NCBI GenBank assembly: GCA_977862235.1
Contig: OZ374565.1
Coordinates: 930,001 to 994,000, forward strand
Length of the DNA: 64,000 nt
Source of the DNA: Dudresnaya verticillata
Taxonomy: Eukaryota
Reading direction: 5' to 3'
In this document: piece after piece, positions 34,356-47,200 of the stretch
Numbering within the stretch: position 1 is the stretch's first letter
How the letters are laid out: each line of letters opens with the position of its first letter
Notes under the pieces: model-generated
The model's input: only the letters and a program-made list of their open reading frames with translations
Databases searched by the model: none
What the model was told of the DNA's origin: nothing
Position numbers and translations under genes: made by a program

Positions 34356-36458
34356 ATGTCGACAAGTACCCAGGGTAAGCAGGATCGTCTCTCTCGCTTC
34401 TTGTCAAGCATATCTGGTCGACGTGCATTTCGAAGAACATCCTCCGAAGCCCATGTTTCACCTGATCCAGAAGGGCACTCATTTTCCAACTATCAAATGG
34501 GAGAGGAAAGGGACCATGATGACGTTGGTGGGAGGACGTCTCATTCCCGAAACTCTCCATTCTCTTGTATTGCCTCGCAATTCTCGAAGCCAAGATCTGC
34601 CCGGCAAGCACAGCAGACAGGAACCAGCAGGTCGGCTTTTTCTAGGAAGAGCCTGGGATCCACGGTCAAGAGTTCGGCAGCTGTTCCCGAGTTTGGTTCT
34701 GAGGGCACGCGTCAAGGCTGCGCTGGCACAGTCGCTGGAATTGGGATCAGCTCTGAGACAGTCGCTGGAATTGGGATCAGCTCTGAGACCATTGAGAACT
34801 CCTTCGGTGGAGCGCGTGAAGTCGAGCAGATGCTACAGGGGCCTGACAACAATTCTCTGCCTGGAACACCCACCAAACAAAATAAGACTCGACGTGACTC
34901 TCCTTACCCTATTCGCAAGCATAGCTCGTTGCAAGGACATTCGCAAGATTCTCAAGTGGCTGCTTCCGTGGATATCTGTCCCACCTACACTCCAAGTTCT
35001 GAAAGCTTATTATCTACACCCCCCTCTCAGGTACATTCTCTGCACCTCACTGCAGGAAGCCATCTTTCTGATCGACAAAAGTCTTCTGCAGTTCTTGAGC
35101 CGCAGGGCGTGCAGTTCGGCAAAATTCAGAGGGGATTACCTGGGCGGTTTTCCATTGATCTAGGACGATCCACTGACAAAGACTCCTTGTATTCTAGGAA
35201 CGAGGGCTCCGAAAGCCAAATGTCCGGAAGTATCCGCGGTTCTCCAAGTACCTCCTCTCCCAGGCAGAAGTCATTCGCCGCATTTGGGACAAAGAAACCC
35301 GATTCTATACAGCACAAGCGCGACATTCTTAGACGAAGATTTTCGTTCAATGTCTCTGGTGATACCTCTGGCATAGCTGCCGGTCCCTCAAACCATGCAA
35401 ACATCTCTTCTCCGAGATTTGAGTCAAAAGGAAGTTCCCGAGACGAGACAGAAGGCATCATTCGTCTCGATGATTCGGAGGAGGTCTCCTCGGGCCTATT
35501 TCGTAATGCGAACTCAACGAGAAGTATTCAAAAGAGCGCCATTGCATCCAAACTACGGCGCTCTTTCAGTATGAACGGTGGAAAGAAGCCAAACAGAAGC
35601 GGACTATATGTCCAATCACAGGGTGAAGGGCCTTTGGTGGACTCGCTGAATCGAGGGGTTACCCAGCTAAGTCAGGCATCTGGAGTCTACCACCCAGCGA
35701 GGTCAGGAGGTTTGTCCAACATGCCTTTTGGAAGTTCTTCAAATACAGATACGAGTGCAAAGCACTCAGTGGCTTCTCCTAAAAGTCAGACAGGCCCACT
35801 GGGTGGAATAAGCTACAATGAAGGCGACCAGCACCCAAGTCTGGACACAGTACGGAAGAAAATCGATTTCTCTTCAGAAGAATGTCCAGACCTAAGCGGC
35901 GTAAGTCCGGAAAGCGAAGTTGTGGTGAGCCGGAGAAAGCCATCAAACGAGCGCACTTCCTTTGCAAAAAGGGTTAAAAGCTTCTCAGTGACTAGATTCA
36001 GGGAGAAACTCAACCAGAACAAACACCCCTCAACAGGGCGGTATGATCACCTGCAACAACGCATTGAGGAATCTATGGAACCCATTTTGCAAAGGACTAT
36101 GAACCCAGTCAACCTACCACAAGGTGGAGGTTGTATCGTTGCAGATTCTACTCTGCCAAAAGAGAGCAACGTGGTACTCGAAGACCGCAAAGTGCCTCGC
36201 ACTTATTCTCAGATTCAACTGCACGATTCATCTTCTTTCAGAAACCTTTCGGATGGAAACCGAGGGGGATTGTATCAACGGCGAATTATGCCAGGTCCTC
36301 TACCGAGCTGGATGCATACAGACTCAAGTGATGACGACGACGGTTTGACTGAGGACTCTTCTGTTCTTAGCCGCTATAGCACTGGTCATAGTGATGTACT
36401 ATCTAGACAGAGGAGCAGTTCAGTCAGTGCTAACGAAGCCTGGGAATCCAAGAAATAG
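34356..36458 (+). CDS. Ser/Arg-rich low-complexity hypothetical protein, 700 aa
   Basis: 2.1-kb open frame with many RRxxS/RRSFS motifs and an in-frame 30-bp duplication (TVAGIGISSE x2, ~34728-34789); divergent from the bromodomain gene. Confidence 0.7.
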   Translation: MSTSTQGKQDRLSRFLSSISGRRAFRRTSSEAHVSPDPEGHSFSNYQMGEERDHDDVGGRTSHSRNSPFSCIASQFSKPRSARQAQQTGTSRSAFSRKSLGSTVKSSAAVPEFGSEGTRQGCAGTVAGIGISSETVAGIGISSETIENSFGGAREVEQMLQGPDNNSLPGTPTKQNKTRRDSPYPIRKHSSLQGHSQDSQVAASVDICPTYTPSSESLLSTPPSQVHSLHLTAGSHLSDRQKSSAVLEPQGVQFGKIQRGLPGRFSIDLGRSTDKDSLYSRNEGSESQMSGSIRGSPSTSSPRQKSFAAFGTKKPDSIQHKRDILRRRFSFNVSGDTSGIAAGPSNHANISSPRFESKGSSRDETEGIIRLDDSEEVSSGLFRNANSTRSIQKSAIASKLRRSFSMNGGKKPNRSGLYVQSQGEGPLVDSLNRGVTQLSQASGVYHPARSGGLSNMPFGSSSNTDTSAKHSVASPKSQTGPLGGISYNEGDQHPSLDTVRKKIDFSSEECPDLSGVSPESEVVVSRRKPSNERTSFAKRVKSFSVTRFREKLNQNKHPSTGRYDHLQQRIEESMEPILQRTMNPVNLPQGGGCIVADSTLPKESNVVLEDRKVPRTYSQIQLHDSSSFRNLSDGNRGGLYQRRIMPGPLPSWMHTDSSDDDDGLTEDSSVLSRYSTGHSDVLSRQRSSSVSANEAWESKK

Positions 36459-36769
36459 ACACAAAGTCTCACAGATTTATGTATGCATAAAGGTCTCCAT
36501 CTCAGATTTTGAGATCCCAATGAGGACAACCTTCTTCACATGGGTGCAATACTAATGCTCTGTTCTCATCTCGGGTATGATGGAGGTTTTTTGTGCCTTT
36601 AGTAGATCGACGTAAGCTGCCTTCCCCTAGTGGAAGCGCGCTTCTGGGTGGCTCCCCTCAAGTTATCTTAAGGAGCTTCCTGATATTCCTGAAGAAAGCC
36701 AATCTCTCTCTCTCCATCTGATGGCCTTCCGAGCCGTCTGCTGTCTCCCGCGCTCTGTACCCACGCAAT

Positions 36770-37110
36770 GTGTCCCAATCATATGGAGAGCGCTCATCTG
36801 TACTCAACGCTCCACTTGGGACAGACGAGTTCATGGAGAATTTCTTCCTGTCCCATGTGGCTGACATGGACAAATGTTCGAAGCCATCCAGGACCTTGAC
36901 GACACACAGGTTGCCTACCCTCTCCTCAGGTACTGTTACGGGATCAGTCGAGTCATGTATCTACTGAGACTAATACCGCCACGACTGTCCCTTTCTGGGT
37001 GTCAAGCATTAGGCCAGCGCATTTACGAGTGGTTAGAACATTCTAGCGCAGTAACTATGTCAGATTATGATCTTGTGCGGTTACGTATTTTTCGGCTAAC
37101 CTCCAAAGAC
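36770..37110 (+). mobile_element. Degenerate non-LTR retrotransposon fragment (CRE-like, region following the RT)
   Basis: VLNAPLGTDEF, then after a frameshift LDDTQVAYPLLRYCYGISRVMYLLRLIPP. This resembles the LGxPxG...DxQxAxxLLRxC...YLLRxxPP pattern of CRE-clade elements. Confidence 0.6.
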
Positions 37111-37129
37111 AGGGACTTCGTAAAATCCA

Positions 37130-37132
<3 letters not shown>

Positions 37133-37177
<45 letters not shown>

Positions 37178-37251
37178 GCGTTTCAGATCTCTCTCTTTCT
37201 CTCTCTCTCTCTCGCTCTCTCTACTCTCTCTCTCTCTCTCTCGTTCTCTCT
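37133..37251. repeat. Interrupted (CT)n microsatellite
   Basis: CT runs with short interruptions. Confidence 0.95.
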
Positions 37252-39114
37252 TTGGTAGATAGACCCTTGCAGATGGCATTGCAGTTAGTAAACGAGTCAA
37301 GTTTTGAATGATGACCATTGAAGCTTTCATGCCAGAAGGTGGCATTGCTTGGCCTACAAAGAGGGCCTTTGGTTGCCCTCAAACTACCTGAAGGATGAGC
37401 TTGTTTTGAAGTGGCATGTAAGTTTAGTAAAAAATGAATTAGCGTGCGTTTCGACGCGTTTTCCTCGGCACCTGAGGCCTATGAGGTAATGCACTACCCG
37501 TAGGACTGAGTCAAAATCAAGGTCTTGATCGAATAGAAGGACAGACTACGACAGGAAATGGATTGAACGGTCATACACAGTTAGAGGACCCGTGAAGCAA
37601 CAATTCTGGAGCGTCCCGAATGGGGAAGGCTCGCTGGAAGCTCAACCTCTGGTCCAACAGAATCTGCGCGACAAGAGAAGCAGCAAAGAAGAGTTGCTCC
37701 TGTGCCAGCAAGGCATACTGGAAAATAAGAAGGAGGAAGAGACCTCAGACCTCCAGAGCATTTTTATTAATAGGTCCGACTGGTCAGCACAGCAGCGACC
37801 AGGGCTTGTCTTCTCTCGAAAACCCAAGAGGAACGAGCAACACGCGTCGGAAAGTATGTGTTGCAACGATCCTCTTCCAAAGCGCCTTGTGCTTCACCAA
37901 CACATTTCCGCAATAGCATTCCCTGTATTGCTGCACACCGGACACATCGGGAAAGCAAGACCCGCAGAGACGTGGACATCAGCGATTGATGTACCTCTCC
38001 AACCAAGTGTTGAGCCTATACGACACCCATGCGCAATGTCAGAAGTTCGATAAATCTCAAGCTCCTAAACAAGTCGACGGCAGTTGGCGGCTGGTACTTG
38101 TAGAGCAAGTGCAAAGCATTGACAGTGTGCACGCTGCACCACGGCTAGTCCGCAGTATAGGTCTCCAGTCTTCTAGTAGTCCCGATCAGACTTGGGAGGG
38201 ACTGCCTGGGTCCAGGACCGCGCAGCGCAGGGGCCGATCAGATGATTGCGCGACGGCATTAAGGGCTTGTCGAACGGCCCAAGCTGCCTGACGGTTGACA
38301 TTACGAACGAGCTTCTGTAGTCTGCGAGGAAGGGAGCGGTGTACGCGGCAACGACGACTGGCCATGTTTGGGGACCGAAAGAGAGCACACAGTTTCTGCA
38401 ATCGGGAAGGAGGCGTGCGGGAATTAAGTTCGGCAATCGTGGTCACCGCAATGTCCTGGAGCTGCTGCCATACCTGCTGGGCGCAGACAGAGCCCAGCAT
38501 GGCATTCCAGGGTGCAAACCATTGTTTTCCAAGTGTTCCACTACCCATGAGCGACCCGACCAGAAAGCGCAAAACTTTTCGGTCGAAACTGTGACATTTT
38601 CGCTGTGTTTTCCCTGCTTCCGCCGAAAACCGCAGCAATCGCCGACGAAGAGACGCCCATCCACAATCTGCTTTTCAAACCCTCTCCCGCTCAACTCAGG
38701 CCGCCCTCCCCGCCTTCGACAGTGCCTCACCCCCTCCTGACTCTATATTGCACATCTTCAACTCATCCCTGCGCTTCATCCCTGCGCTCACCATTAATTC
38801 TCAGCCCTTGCCACCGACCAAGGCCCCCGTCTCATACCGTGTTCCCCTCCCCTCACCGCACTTGTGCCAGTTGCGTCCTCGACCTTCCACAGCCATCCGC
38901 TCAAGAGCTCCCAAACTTGCATCTTCTATGTTTTGGCACCTCACTAGGCTCTTCTCCTTCTGCCTTGGAGCCCTTCCATCTGCCTTGGTATCGGACCTCT
39001 GCGAGTTTCTTCGTCCAGGCTGTCCATTGGCTCTGGTCGGCGTCGATCCATTGACCCTCCTGAGCCGTGATTCAACCTCAGTTACTACATACACGGCAGA
39101 CTACCTCAAGAAGA

Positions 39115-40988
39115 ATGTCAGGGTCCAACAACCATCCAATTTGCTGCGTGCGTTGCGTTGGCTATGACCGTGTCCGCATATCCAGAGACGATTTCGCTAG
39201 TGCTTTCGGCCGGTTTGGGAGCATCCAGGACATCTACATGCCCGTCCACTACCACAGCAGGATACCACGCGGCTTCGCGTTCGTGACCTTCCGAAACGAG
39301 AGAGACGCCGCCACCGCTATTGACGTGCTTCACCGCACCCATGTTTTCGGTGACTCTCATGTCGTATGGGTGAACTGGGCAAGAAGAGGCCCGAGAAGTG
39401 CCGCAGAGATGGCCGCAAGAAATTCCGGTTCCTTTCATGACGACAGATATCAGTACAGATATCAGTACAACCGCGATCTCGGAAGCGAACGAGGAGACTA
39501 TTGGGAAGGCCGTCGGGATGTGTACCGCCGGAGTCCTGATCGCTTAAGCAGAGAGAATTCGGAGCGTTTCTCCAGACAGAATCGCCGGTCCTCTCTACGT
39601 AACCGCAGGGTTAGCAGTGAGCACTACCGTGATTCTTACGGCCGAAGCCACAGTCGCATGAACAGAGTAGATTGCGACGTTGCATCCAACGCTTATCATT
39701 GTGGCCCTGAACGTGAGCGCTGGGACGAAAACGGAAACCATCACCATGTGCCTGAATGTGAGCACTGGGGGAAATTGGAAACCGTCGCCATATGTACCGT
39801 CGGAGTCCTGGTTGTGATCGCCGAGGATACTGGGAACGCGAAAGCCACATGGATGGACGCATCTATCGTAGCGAGCTCGATCACCGTGCTGCGATGTTAA
39901 GAAGAAGGTATCGACGTGATGCCGATATGCATAGCTCCGAAGAGCGTCAATTGCCTAGCAGGGGCGCTGAAGGGGCACAGGGCCCCTCGCAGGAAAGCCA
40001 CCAAGAATTTCGTCGGCGGGATCACTACAGTGCGAAACAAGGCCGTAGGCACGAAGATCGTCTCGACATAACAGAGAGGCAGAATAATACAATGTCTCAC
40101 CCAGCGCGCAGTAATGGTAACCATTCGCACAAATACCCTCCTGCTCACTGTAGAGAAGTTTCTAACGAGAACGAAGCGAGCCGCCCTGTTTCCCCCGACC
40201 AGAGCGCAAGGCCAAAACCTTATGGTACCAACGACGCCTACGATCGCAAACGTTGCAATGAAGACAGGACTTATTGCCGCAGCACTTCAGGTACTGGCCT
40301 CCCGGGAGCCAGCCTTGTGTCGTCACCTTTAAAAGTCAAGGAGATTCAAGGAAAACAGAATGAGATCGCTCTTCAGGACACTACCCGGACCGGACTGCAG
40401 CTCACATCCGAAGCCTCAGCGTTCCCTGCAAACTCCGAGAAGCACTCTGAATTCAACCAGGGCAACAATGGCTCTGAAAGGAGAGGCAAACTTTCGAACG
40501 TCTGTAAGAAGCACCGTACGTCCAACACCGATTGTCAGGAAAGAGAATACTTCGGAAAGAGTTCTCGAGAAGGAGATGAAGTTATGCAGCACGAAGTAGA
40601 CGCACGGAAGGACGCCGTTCGTAGAGATGGTAAGATCAAACCGCTGACACCCAGTGGGAACAATAATACGCAAAAGGGCACAAGGGAATTCCAGAACAAT
40701 CCCTTTTCTAGCAAAATGAAAGCCGTTGATCGTGATCAACAGGAGGTAGAAGTCATGCACACTGTACTAGAAGTAGAAGGTGACTTCAAAACATTATCCA
40801 AAGATCAAGTCAAGAGTTTGCAGATGAAGAAGGAGGGACTGCGCACCTGCAACAATGAAATCCCAGGTCTTCGCTCAGCCGGGTACATTCGGCCCCAATC
40901 CAAGCGCTCTCTTTCAATATCCCCCTCTCGTCCTGCTTCCGCAGAGCCATATCGAAAGAGGTTGCGATCGGAGTCTCAGAAAAACTAA
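39115..40988 (+). CDS. SR-type (SRSF10/SCL-like) RRM protein with Arg/Asp/Ser-rich tail, frameshifted near 39770
   Basis: RRM FGRFGSIQDIYMPVHYHSRIPRGFAFVTF..WARRGPRSAAEM. The RS/RD-rich tail continues in ORF 39792..40988 in another frame. Confidence 0.75.
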
Positions 40989-41180
40989 TCCATGCACCAA
41001 GTAGCTGGATGTCTGTCGTAATTGGGCTCGAGGGATGGACAAAACTTAGACTTTGAGCTTGGAGCTCAATTTTCGGTTTCGTGTCTACATTTGTGGAGCA
41101 GTGTTGTAGTGGATATAAACCGATATTGGTGACTACGGAAGCTCCGCATTCGTAGATAGACTATTCCTGAGTACAATCGA

Positions 41181-41216
<36 letters not shown>
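41181..41216. repeat. Compound (CT)n(CA)n microsatellite
   Basis: tctctctctctc followed by acacac... Confidence 0.9.
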
Positions 41217-43638
41217 CTCGCGCATGCGTTGTTTCTCTCACGTTGCCGCTGTCCTTGTCAAGCGCAACGCCGCCTGCCTTCTCGCCAGCATTGCCGGTTA
41301 GAATATACGTCGTAGTGTGACCGCAAGGATTGGAGTATTCCACCTCGGCCACAACATTTATCTTAGGCAACAACCCCCAGACTCAGTACCACATCCCCCA
41401 ACTCACTTCCGCAAACAGGAACTTCGTAGAATCCACACAAACTCTCTCTAAGAGCTAGAAGAATATCTTTGCTCAAACCTGATTTACAGCACATCTGCGT
41501 GGGCAGAGGGGGTTATGAGCTAACGCACTGCAATAGAAGAGAGATAGCGAGTTCTTGTAGTGGTAGAACATTTCTGGTGCTACAACTTGCATGAACGGAT
41601 ATGGTCAAGTCATAAGGCGTGATGCTTCTAAGCTGACTTACGGTTTTATAGACAACGGGATGATAGAGATAAGCCTCCAAGATTTGAAGGACTTTTTGAT
41701 ATTGTAACAGACTGCGCTCCACAACGACTACAGCTGCACTCTTATAGAAGAGTGTTACGAGAGCTACAGCCACACAAGTAAAGTGCGCCAGCTCATAGTT
41801 ACAGCGCATACAAATTCTCCTTCACGTTAATATCATGTTGCAGCGAACAGCCTAGAATAGGTTCGACTGTTCGCCCATCCACAAGAGAGACACGATCTTC
41901 AAATGACACGATTCACATACAGTAAAGCGTTCACTTTAAAAACGGCAGCAAGAGCACGTCCACGACACCACGTTCGGGCTTTCGCCCTCTTGCAGAGATG
42001 AATAAAACGCAGTATACTGCCGTCGAGTTTTGAAAGTGCGCCACTCTCAGACAGCATCTGGATGTGCGCCAAGCTAAAAGGAAAACAATGCACATAATTT
42101 GCATCTTCGACAAACTATCGACCCGTTGCATCTCACCGCAGATGCCGTGCAGTTAAAGTGATGACGTAGAGCTGTAAGCGATATTTGACTGTTCTTTTCA
42201 TTCCGAGTTCAATCTTAATAGAACTGCCACGGGAGAAGAAGGAATTCTACGTGAAGTTATTCTTTCCCTGGTATTTTCACGGATCTTAAAACGGCTGCTC
42301 AGGCCAATACACAGGCGTACTGAGGCTTTTGTCCGAAAATGTGACCCATTGGAGTACTATAAGCGTTAGGTGTGGGGTGGCTCAGGGCGTGGGGTGGCAC
42401 AGGGCGCACTCAGGGTCCTGCAATGGGGCCGTGAGGTGAACTGGGGCGGTATTGGAGGGGTACTCACAAGCGCAGAATTGGCGGATATTTTCGATGGCGT
42501 TGGAGAACATGTTCGGGGGTATCGGTGAGGGGATTCACTTTATAAACCCTATGAGTAGACTGGGACCCCCTACTAGAGCATCAGTCTATAATACTAATTC
42601 AATGAGTGAGACTGAGTCGATTAACACTAACCGCGACGTATTGCAGAACATATGAAGTGAGTCTCGTGAACAGACTTGACTTCTCACTCAAGGGAGAGGT
42701 TCCCTTCTTCGCAGAAAGGAAGTCCGCAAACAATTGAACCGCAATGTCAAATCCAGGACTATATCTCCGTAGATATCGGGGAGGGCGGTTCGGGAGAGTG
42801 GTTGCAGGTATGAAGAGTGCGCTCGAATCGCTTCAGTCGGAAATGAGAAAGAGGACTTTATTTCGAGAGCAAGAGAGAAGTCCTTTAGGGGGACTTAGGA
42901 ATCAGAACTACTTCAAGTATCAGGAGAGATAGCTTGCGGCGGTTTTCGCTCACCACGACGTATTGGAGAACTAAAGAAAACAGAAGAGCGTTCAAAGACA
43001 GGTTATGAGATAATTTTTCTTCGAAGCCGGAGAGGTACCATGCTTGCGGATAATGAAAATGGCTGTGCGCTGGGCGACGCGAATCCGAACGCCAGAGCAG
43101 ACATGGCAGACCATATAGTGCACAACCGTACTAAAATTAATGCGCTTGGCACGTCATGCTGGGGATCGGAAAGGAACCAAGGTGCTAACGCTCAACTAGC
43201 ATTGATTCAAAGTGGTCATACAGCTGGTGTCAGGCGTGAGGTAAGGAACACAGGGGCTGGCTGGGTGCCACCGGTGGCACTACGCCACTCAGAGCGGATT
43301 GTTCATCCCTGGATTTTGGGCCAGGGAATGAACGTAGGCCGTGCCACAGATGCTATTTGATCTCCGTCTGCGGAACGAGCCCCAGGGTGCAACGCGAAGC
43401 GCTTTGTGCCTTGTGAATCTTCCAACTTAAGGGACGTTGCCTTGTCCATGAAATACAGAAGGGAGTTGGGTGAGGGACAGTTTGGAAAGAGGCGCAGACC
43501 ATATCTTGCAGACTAAACATTCGCACAGGAGCAGTGGAGGCCTTTTCGTCTCGGAGCTTTGCGAAGAACCTCTCAGAGAGTGGTTACAGGAGGAACGCCA
43601 AATCTTCAGTCCTGATCCAAGAGCCTGCGGTTATAGAA

Positions 43639-44919
43639 TCAAAGGGATGGAAAATTTCTCTCGCTGAACTCAGGAACGAGAGCTGGAACCTTCTGGTGAG
43701 AAAACGGCCTCACTTTTCTATTTCTCCTGCTCTGATACGACGGCCGACGTCCAGAACGCGTATTGTGTCCTCTCTTCGCTTCAGGGCTCTGGGTGCCCTC
43801 AGTGAGGGGCGCAGGTGTTTCAAACAACCCTTTACCTTCTGGTAACCCCAACTCCTCTTCATAAGCTCTTCGATATGTATTGCTGAACATATCCGTCCAG
43901 CTCCATTGCTGAGAACCCATTGGGCATGGCCATGTAAGGAATCTTCGGCAAACGACGCAATCGCATCCAAAGTAGAAAAAGCCTAGGTAGGCACTCACAT
44001 CTGTAAAGCAAACCTCGTTGCTTCCACCAGCATGTGGGTTTTCCATAACCCGGTACGCTGGAAGCACTAAGGTACTACACCTGAGTCCCTTGAAATTAGC
44101 AGAAGAGTCGAAATTAGGGAGCTTGTTGGATTCTGCGGAGGTACTAGAGCAGCTGAAGTGCTCGGAAGACCCGTCTTTGAGTTGATGGTGGCCCGAACGT
44201 TCCGCATGATTGTCCGAGATTGGTAAATTGGAAAGAGATCGCGATTCTTCTCGACTTTGGTTTGGATTGAACTCCAGAGCGTTCGGGTCAAGCTTTTGAG
44301 AGCGTGCTGGGACCGATTTGACCCAGTGAGATGAATAAGGGCCTAGTAGAGTAGTAGGAACAAGAAGGGACCCGTTTGTGCACTCCTGAGAACAATGTAA
44401 CATGAAAGACTGATTGCGGTGATCCGCTGGGGAGAGTTGGCCACTGAAGACATTGCAGCAGTCTTCCAAACCGGAGCTTACTGAAGATCCGAAAGCTGGT
44501 TGCGGTTCGGAGCCAGGCTTGGAAGCCTGAGCTGCAGAATACTCTGAGTTGAAAGTGGGAAAAGATGCATTGCACGCGGGTACTGCACCAAGTTCATCCG
44601 GGCTTGTGGTCCGCGCCTTAAGGGTTGCGCTCTCAGAACGGGAAGAATTCTCATCAAAGCCAAAGGTGAGCACATCCTCGCTTGACTCCTCCGGAATAGT
44701 ACTCGGAGACGTAAGCTTCTGATCTTTCGTGGCATTGGTCTTCTCGAGGCCTGCAACAGGCGTCCATGAAGCCCAATGAGCTAGGGTGTTCGCAGGCCCG
44801 TCATCTCGAGAAGGCATGGAAGAAACTGAAGCGCAAGTTGCCTTCCCAGATGCCATGGGTTCCATCTCAGCTGGATAGTGATGGCAAGTACTGATGTGTG
44901 TTGGGGGAGAACTGTTCAA
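43639..44919 (-). CDS. Ser-rich hypothetical protein with PAM2 (PABP-interacting) motif, 426 aa
   Basis: SQKLDPNALEFNPN matches the PAM2 consensus LxxxAxEFxP; small Cys cluster CDCVVC; basic C-terminus. Confidence 0.65.
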   Translation of the reverse strand: MNSSPPTHISTCHHYPAEMEPMASGKATCASVSSMPSRDDGPANTLAHWASWTPVAGLEKTNATKDQKLTSPSTIPEESSEDVLTFGFDENSSRSESATLKARTTSPDELGAVPACNASFPTFNSEYSAAQASKPGSEPQPAFGSSVSSGLEDCCNVFSGQLSPADHRNQSFMLHCSQECTNGSLLVPTTLLGPYSSHWVKSVPARSQKLDPNALEFNPNQSREESRSLSNLPISDNHAERSGHHQLKDGSSEHFSCSSTSAESNKLPNFDSSANFKGLRCSTLVLPAYRVMENPHAGGSNEVCFTDVSAYLGFFYFGCDCVVCRRFLTWPCPMGSQQWSWTDMFSNTYRRAYEEELGLPEGKGLFETPAPLTEGTQSPEAKRGHNTRSGRRPSYQSRRNRKVRPFSHQKVPALVPEFSERNFPSL

Positions 44920-45464
44920 AGAGAACGTAAGGAACTGTCTTGGCTCTGGAGCTGAAGGTGAGCAGAAGACACACGGACTGAAGACGCCCCTTAAGGTGTT
45001 GTGCTCAAAAGATCGTTACGACTTCTCCCGACGATTTCCCTTGGCGGGCTCGTTGAAGGCCCGGCAAAAAATTGTCGGGATTTGCTGTTGAAGGCAGGGG
45101 TGATTGCACTTTAATGCTCAGAAATCAAGATCTATATTTTTCACGATTTCCCACGGTTATTTGGAGAGAGCTGCAGGTTCTGCACCGCGGCTGTGCGTCA
45201 CGGCACCCCCCTGTGTAGCGGGTATAGATCATAACAAATTAAACCCAATTATAGCCAATGAGAGGCAACCCTACTCAGTTCAACGTACACTTGTCAGTAC
45301 CTCGGTGTTCCGTCCTCAATCACGGCGCTAGCCAATGGCAGCGTTCGCTACTCAGTCTAAGGACACGTGTCAGCAGGAGAACCGCTCTCGTGACGCTGTC
45401 AGTTTCAAATCGTGCGACATTTCGGGAACACGAGGAGGAACAAATTGCGGATCACCCACCCACC

Positions 45465-45750
45465 CCTGTGCATCGCCGCGGCATCGCCGCTCGAGGCGTA
45501 CCGCCACACCCCGCCGTCGCATCGCCGTCGCATCGAGGTCGCATCGCCGCCGCATCGCCGCCGCATTGACACGCCGCACTGCCTCCACGGCACTGCCGCC
45601 GCATTGAAGCTGCTGATAAAAGAACGCCGCCGCATTCCTGTCCACGTACCCCTGTGCACCGCCACAAACCACCGTAGCCGCCGCGCCGCCTCTTCACCGC
45701 TGCATAACCGCCTCATCGGCGCCACTTCGCCTCCACAACGCCGCCGCTTC
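45465..45750 (+). repeat. GC-rich low-complexity array of CGCATCGCCG/GCCGC units
   Basis: Repeated gcatcgccgc / cgccgccgc units; possibly part of a decayed TE terminus starting near 45212. Confidence 0.6.
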
Positions 45751-46406
45751 TCTTTCGCTTCACCATAGAACTGTCTGTCATCCCGTAAACCCCTACAGCC
45801 CGGCTATACTCCCAAGGACGGAACCTCCTCCAGAGCGGGTTTCAAGACAAGTGCGATGGGTCCGGTTTTTCGATTTATTCAAGAAGCTGGTGTCTTCGAA
45901 GAATATTTTCCAATGCTCCCTCAGTAATTATCTATGCTCACATATCCCAAGCTTCTCGTCGCTTTACGTCTAAATTTGACGGAGGCTGCTCCACTACCAT
46001 CAATGGACTGGACTCACCATGTTGAACGCTATTCTAAGTTGCCAAACGTGACCTGTTTAAACATTATGAACTGGCCGTTTCCAGTATGACGTTTAATAGT
46101 TCAATCTATGTGTGCGCGCAATCGTTTCTTGCAAGCTTGTCCGTGACACAGAAGACGTTGAACTGTATGGATAATATGATGTAGATGCTAACAGGCAAGA
46201 ATATATGTGAACCCTATTGAAGGGCAGTTCGACTACCTAATCGACAGTTTTCATCGCTATCTGCATGTGATAAAACGCCCAGAAGTCCCGCAGTGCGGGT
46301 TGATATCCATTTTTCCGCGCGACCTCGCGCTCGTCCGCGACCCTCACCGCCAACTTGGGATCTCCCATTGTTCACCGGGTATCCACCATAGCGGATCCGC
46401 CCCCGG

Positions 46407-47200
46407 TCTGGTGCAAACCATCTAGCGACGAGTAGCACCTGCAGGTAGTTCGGACCCGGGGGTAGCGCGCTAGTAGCCCGGGTGTGGTAGAGCGTAGGTA
46501 ACGCGCCGAGGGCGGACTTTAAACGCCCTGGGCACTAGAAGTAGAACAAGGCCACAGAACGGAGAGAGAAAGAGAAAGAATGGGGAAAGAAGAGGGTAAG
46601 GGAGAGAGACGCGTCAAGTACGTAGACGGGCGCGGAAGCGCGGTCGGAGCTGCACAGTCGCCTTCGTCGGTAACAGGAAGTACGCACTATCGAAGGGGCT
46701 TCAGGTCCGAGGCCGGTTTGCCGGGATTTACTCAACGTCGCAGACGGGTTTCCTAATATACTATCGCTACGCCACGGGCTGCGGCGGCGTGGCGTGGCGC
46801 GCGGAAACGCGAGATGCGTTTCGCGGACGGGGGCGTTTCGCACCCCCGTGCGTCTGACAAGTCGTCGTCTCCATGCAATTGCGCGCGCGCGGGTAAGGAA
46901 TAGCTTACAAAGGTGCGCGCACGTAATGAATAGCTTACAAGCACGTCGGTAGATGTGATCCAGATTCGGATCCCGATCCCCGCCAGCATTGCTGGCGCGT
47001 GGGTGTGCCTTACAGGCGCACGACTTACATTGTAGCGGATCCCGATCTGATCCCGATATCCGATCCAGATCCCATCCGGATCTGGGCCATAATTACAGGT
47101 ACTCGCCTTACACCTCCCGGATCCCGATGGGTGATCCGTATGCGTACCGCGCGGGCATACAGTGCATGAGCGGCCATGCCCGGCGGTGGTTGTGGAGTCC
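46407..47200 (-). mobile_element. Diverged LTR (relative of the 913-bp LTR family), minus strand, 5'-truncated
   Basis: Reverse complement aligns with blocks of 50362-51274 (agtaaa..cccggcaa.ccggcc; gggcgttta.agtccgccc; gctctacca; end gtttgcaccaga vs gtttgcactaca); contains a GATC-rich cluster. Confidence 0.75.

Noticed and set aside
45800..46400. Possible Copia protease relic on the minus strand
   Set aside because: Only a faint resemblance with many stops.
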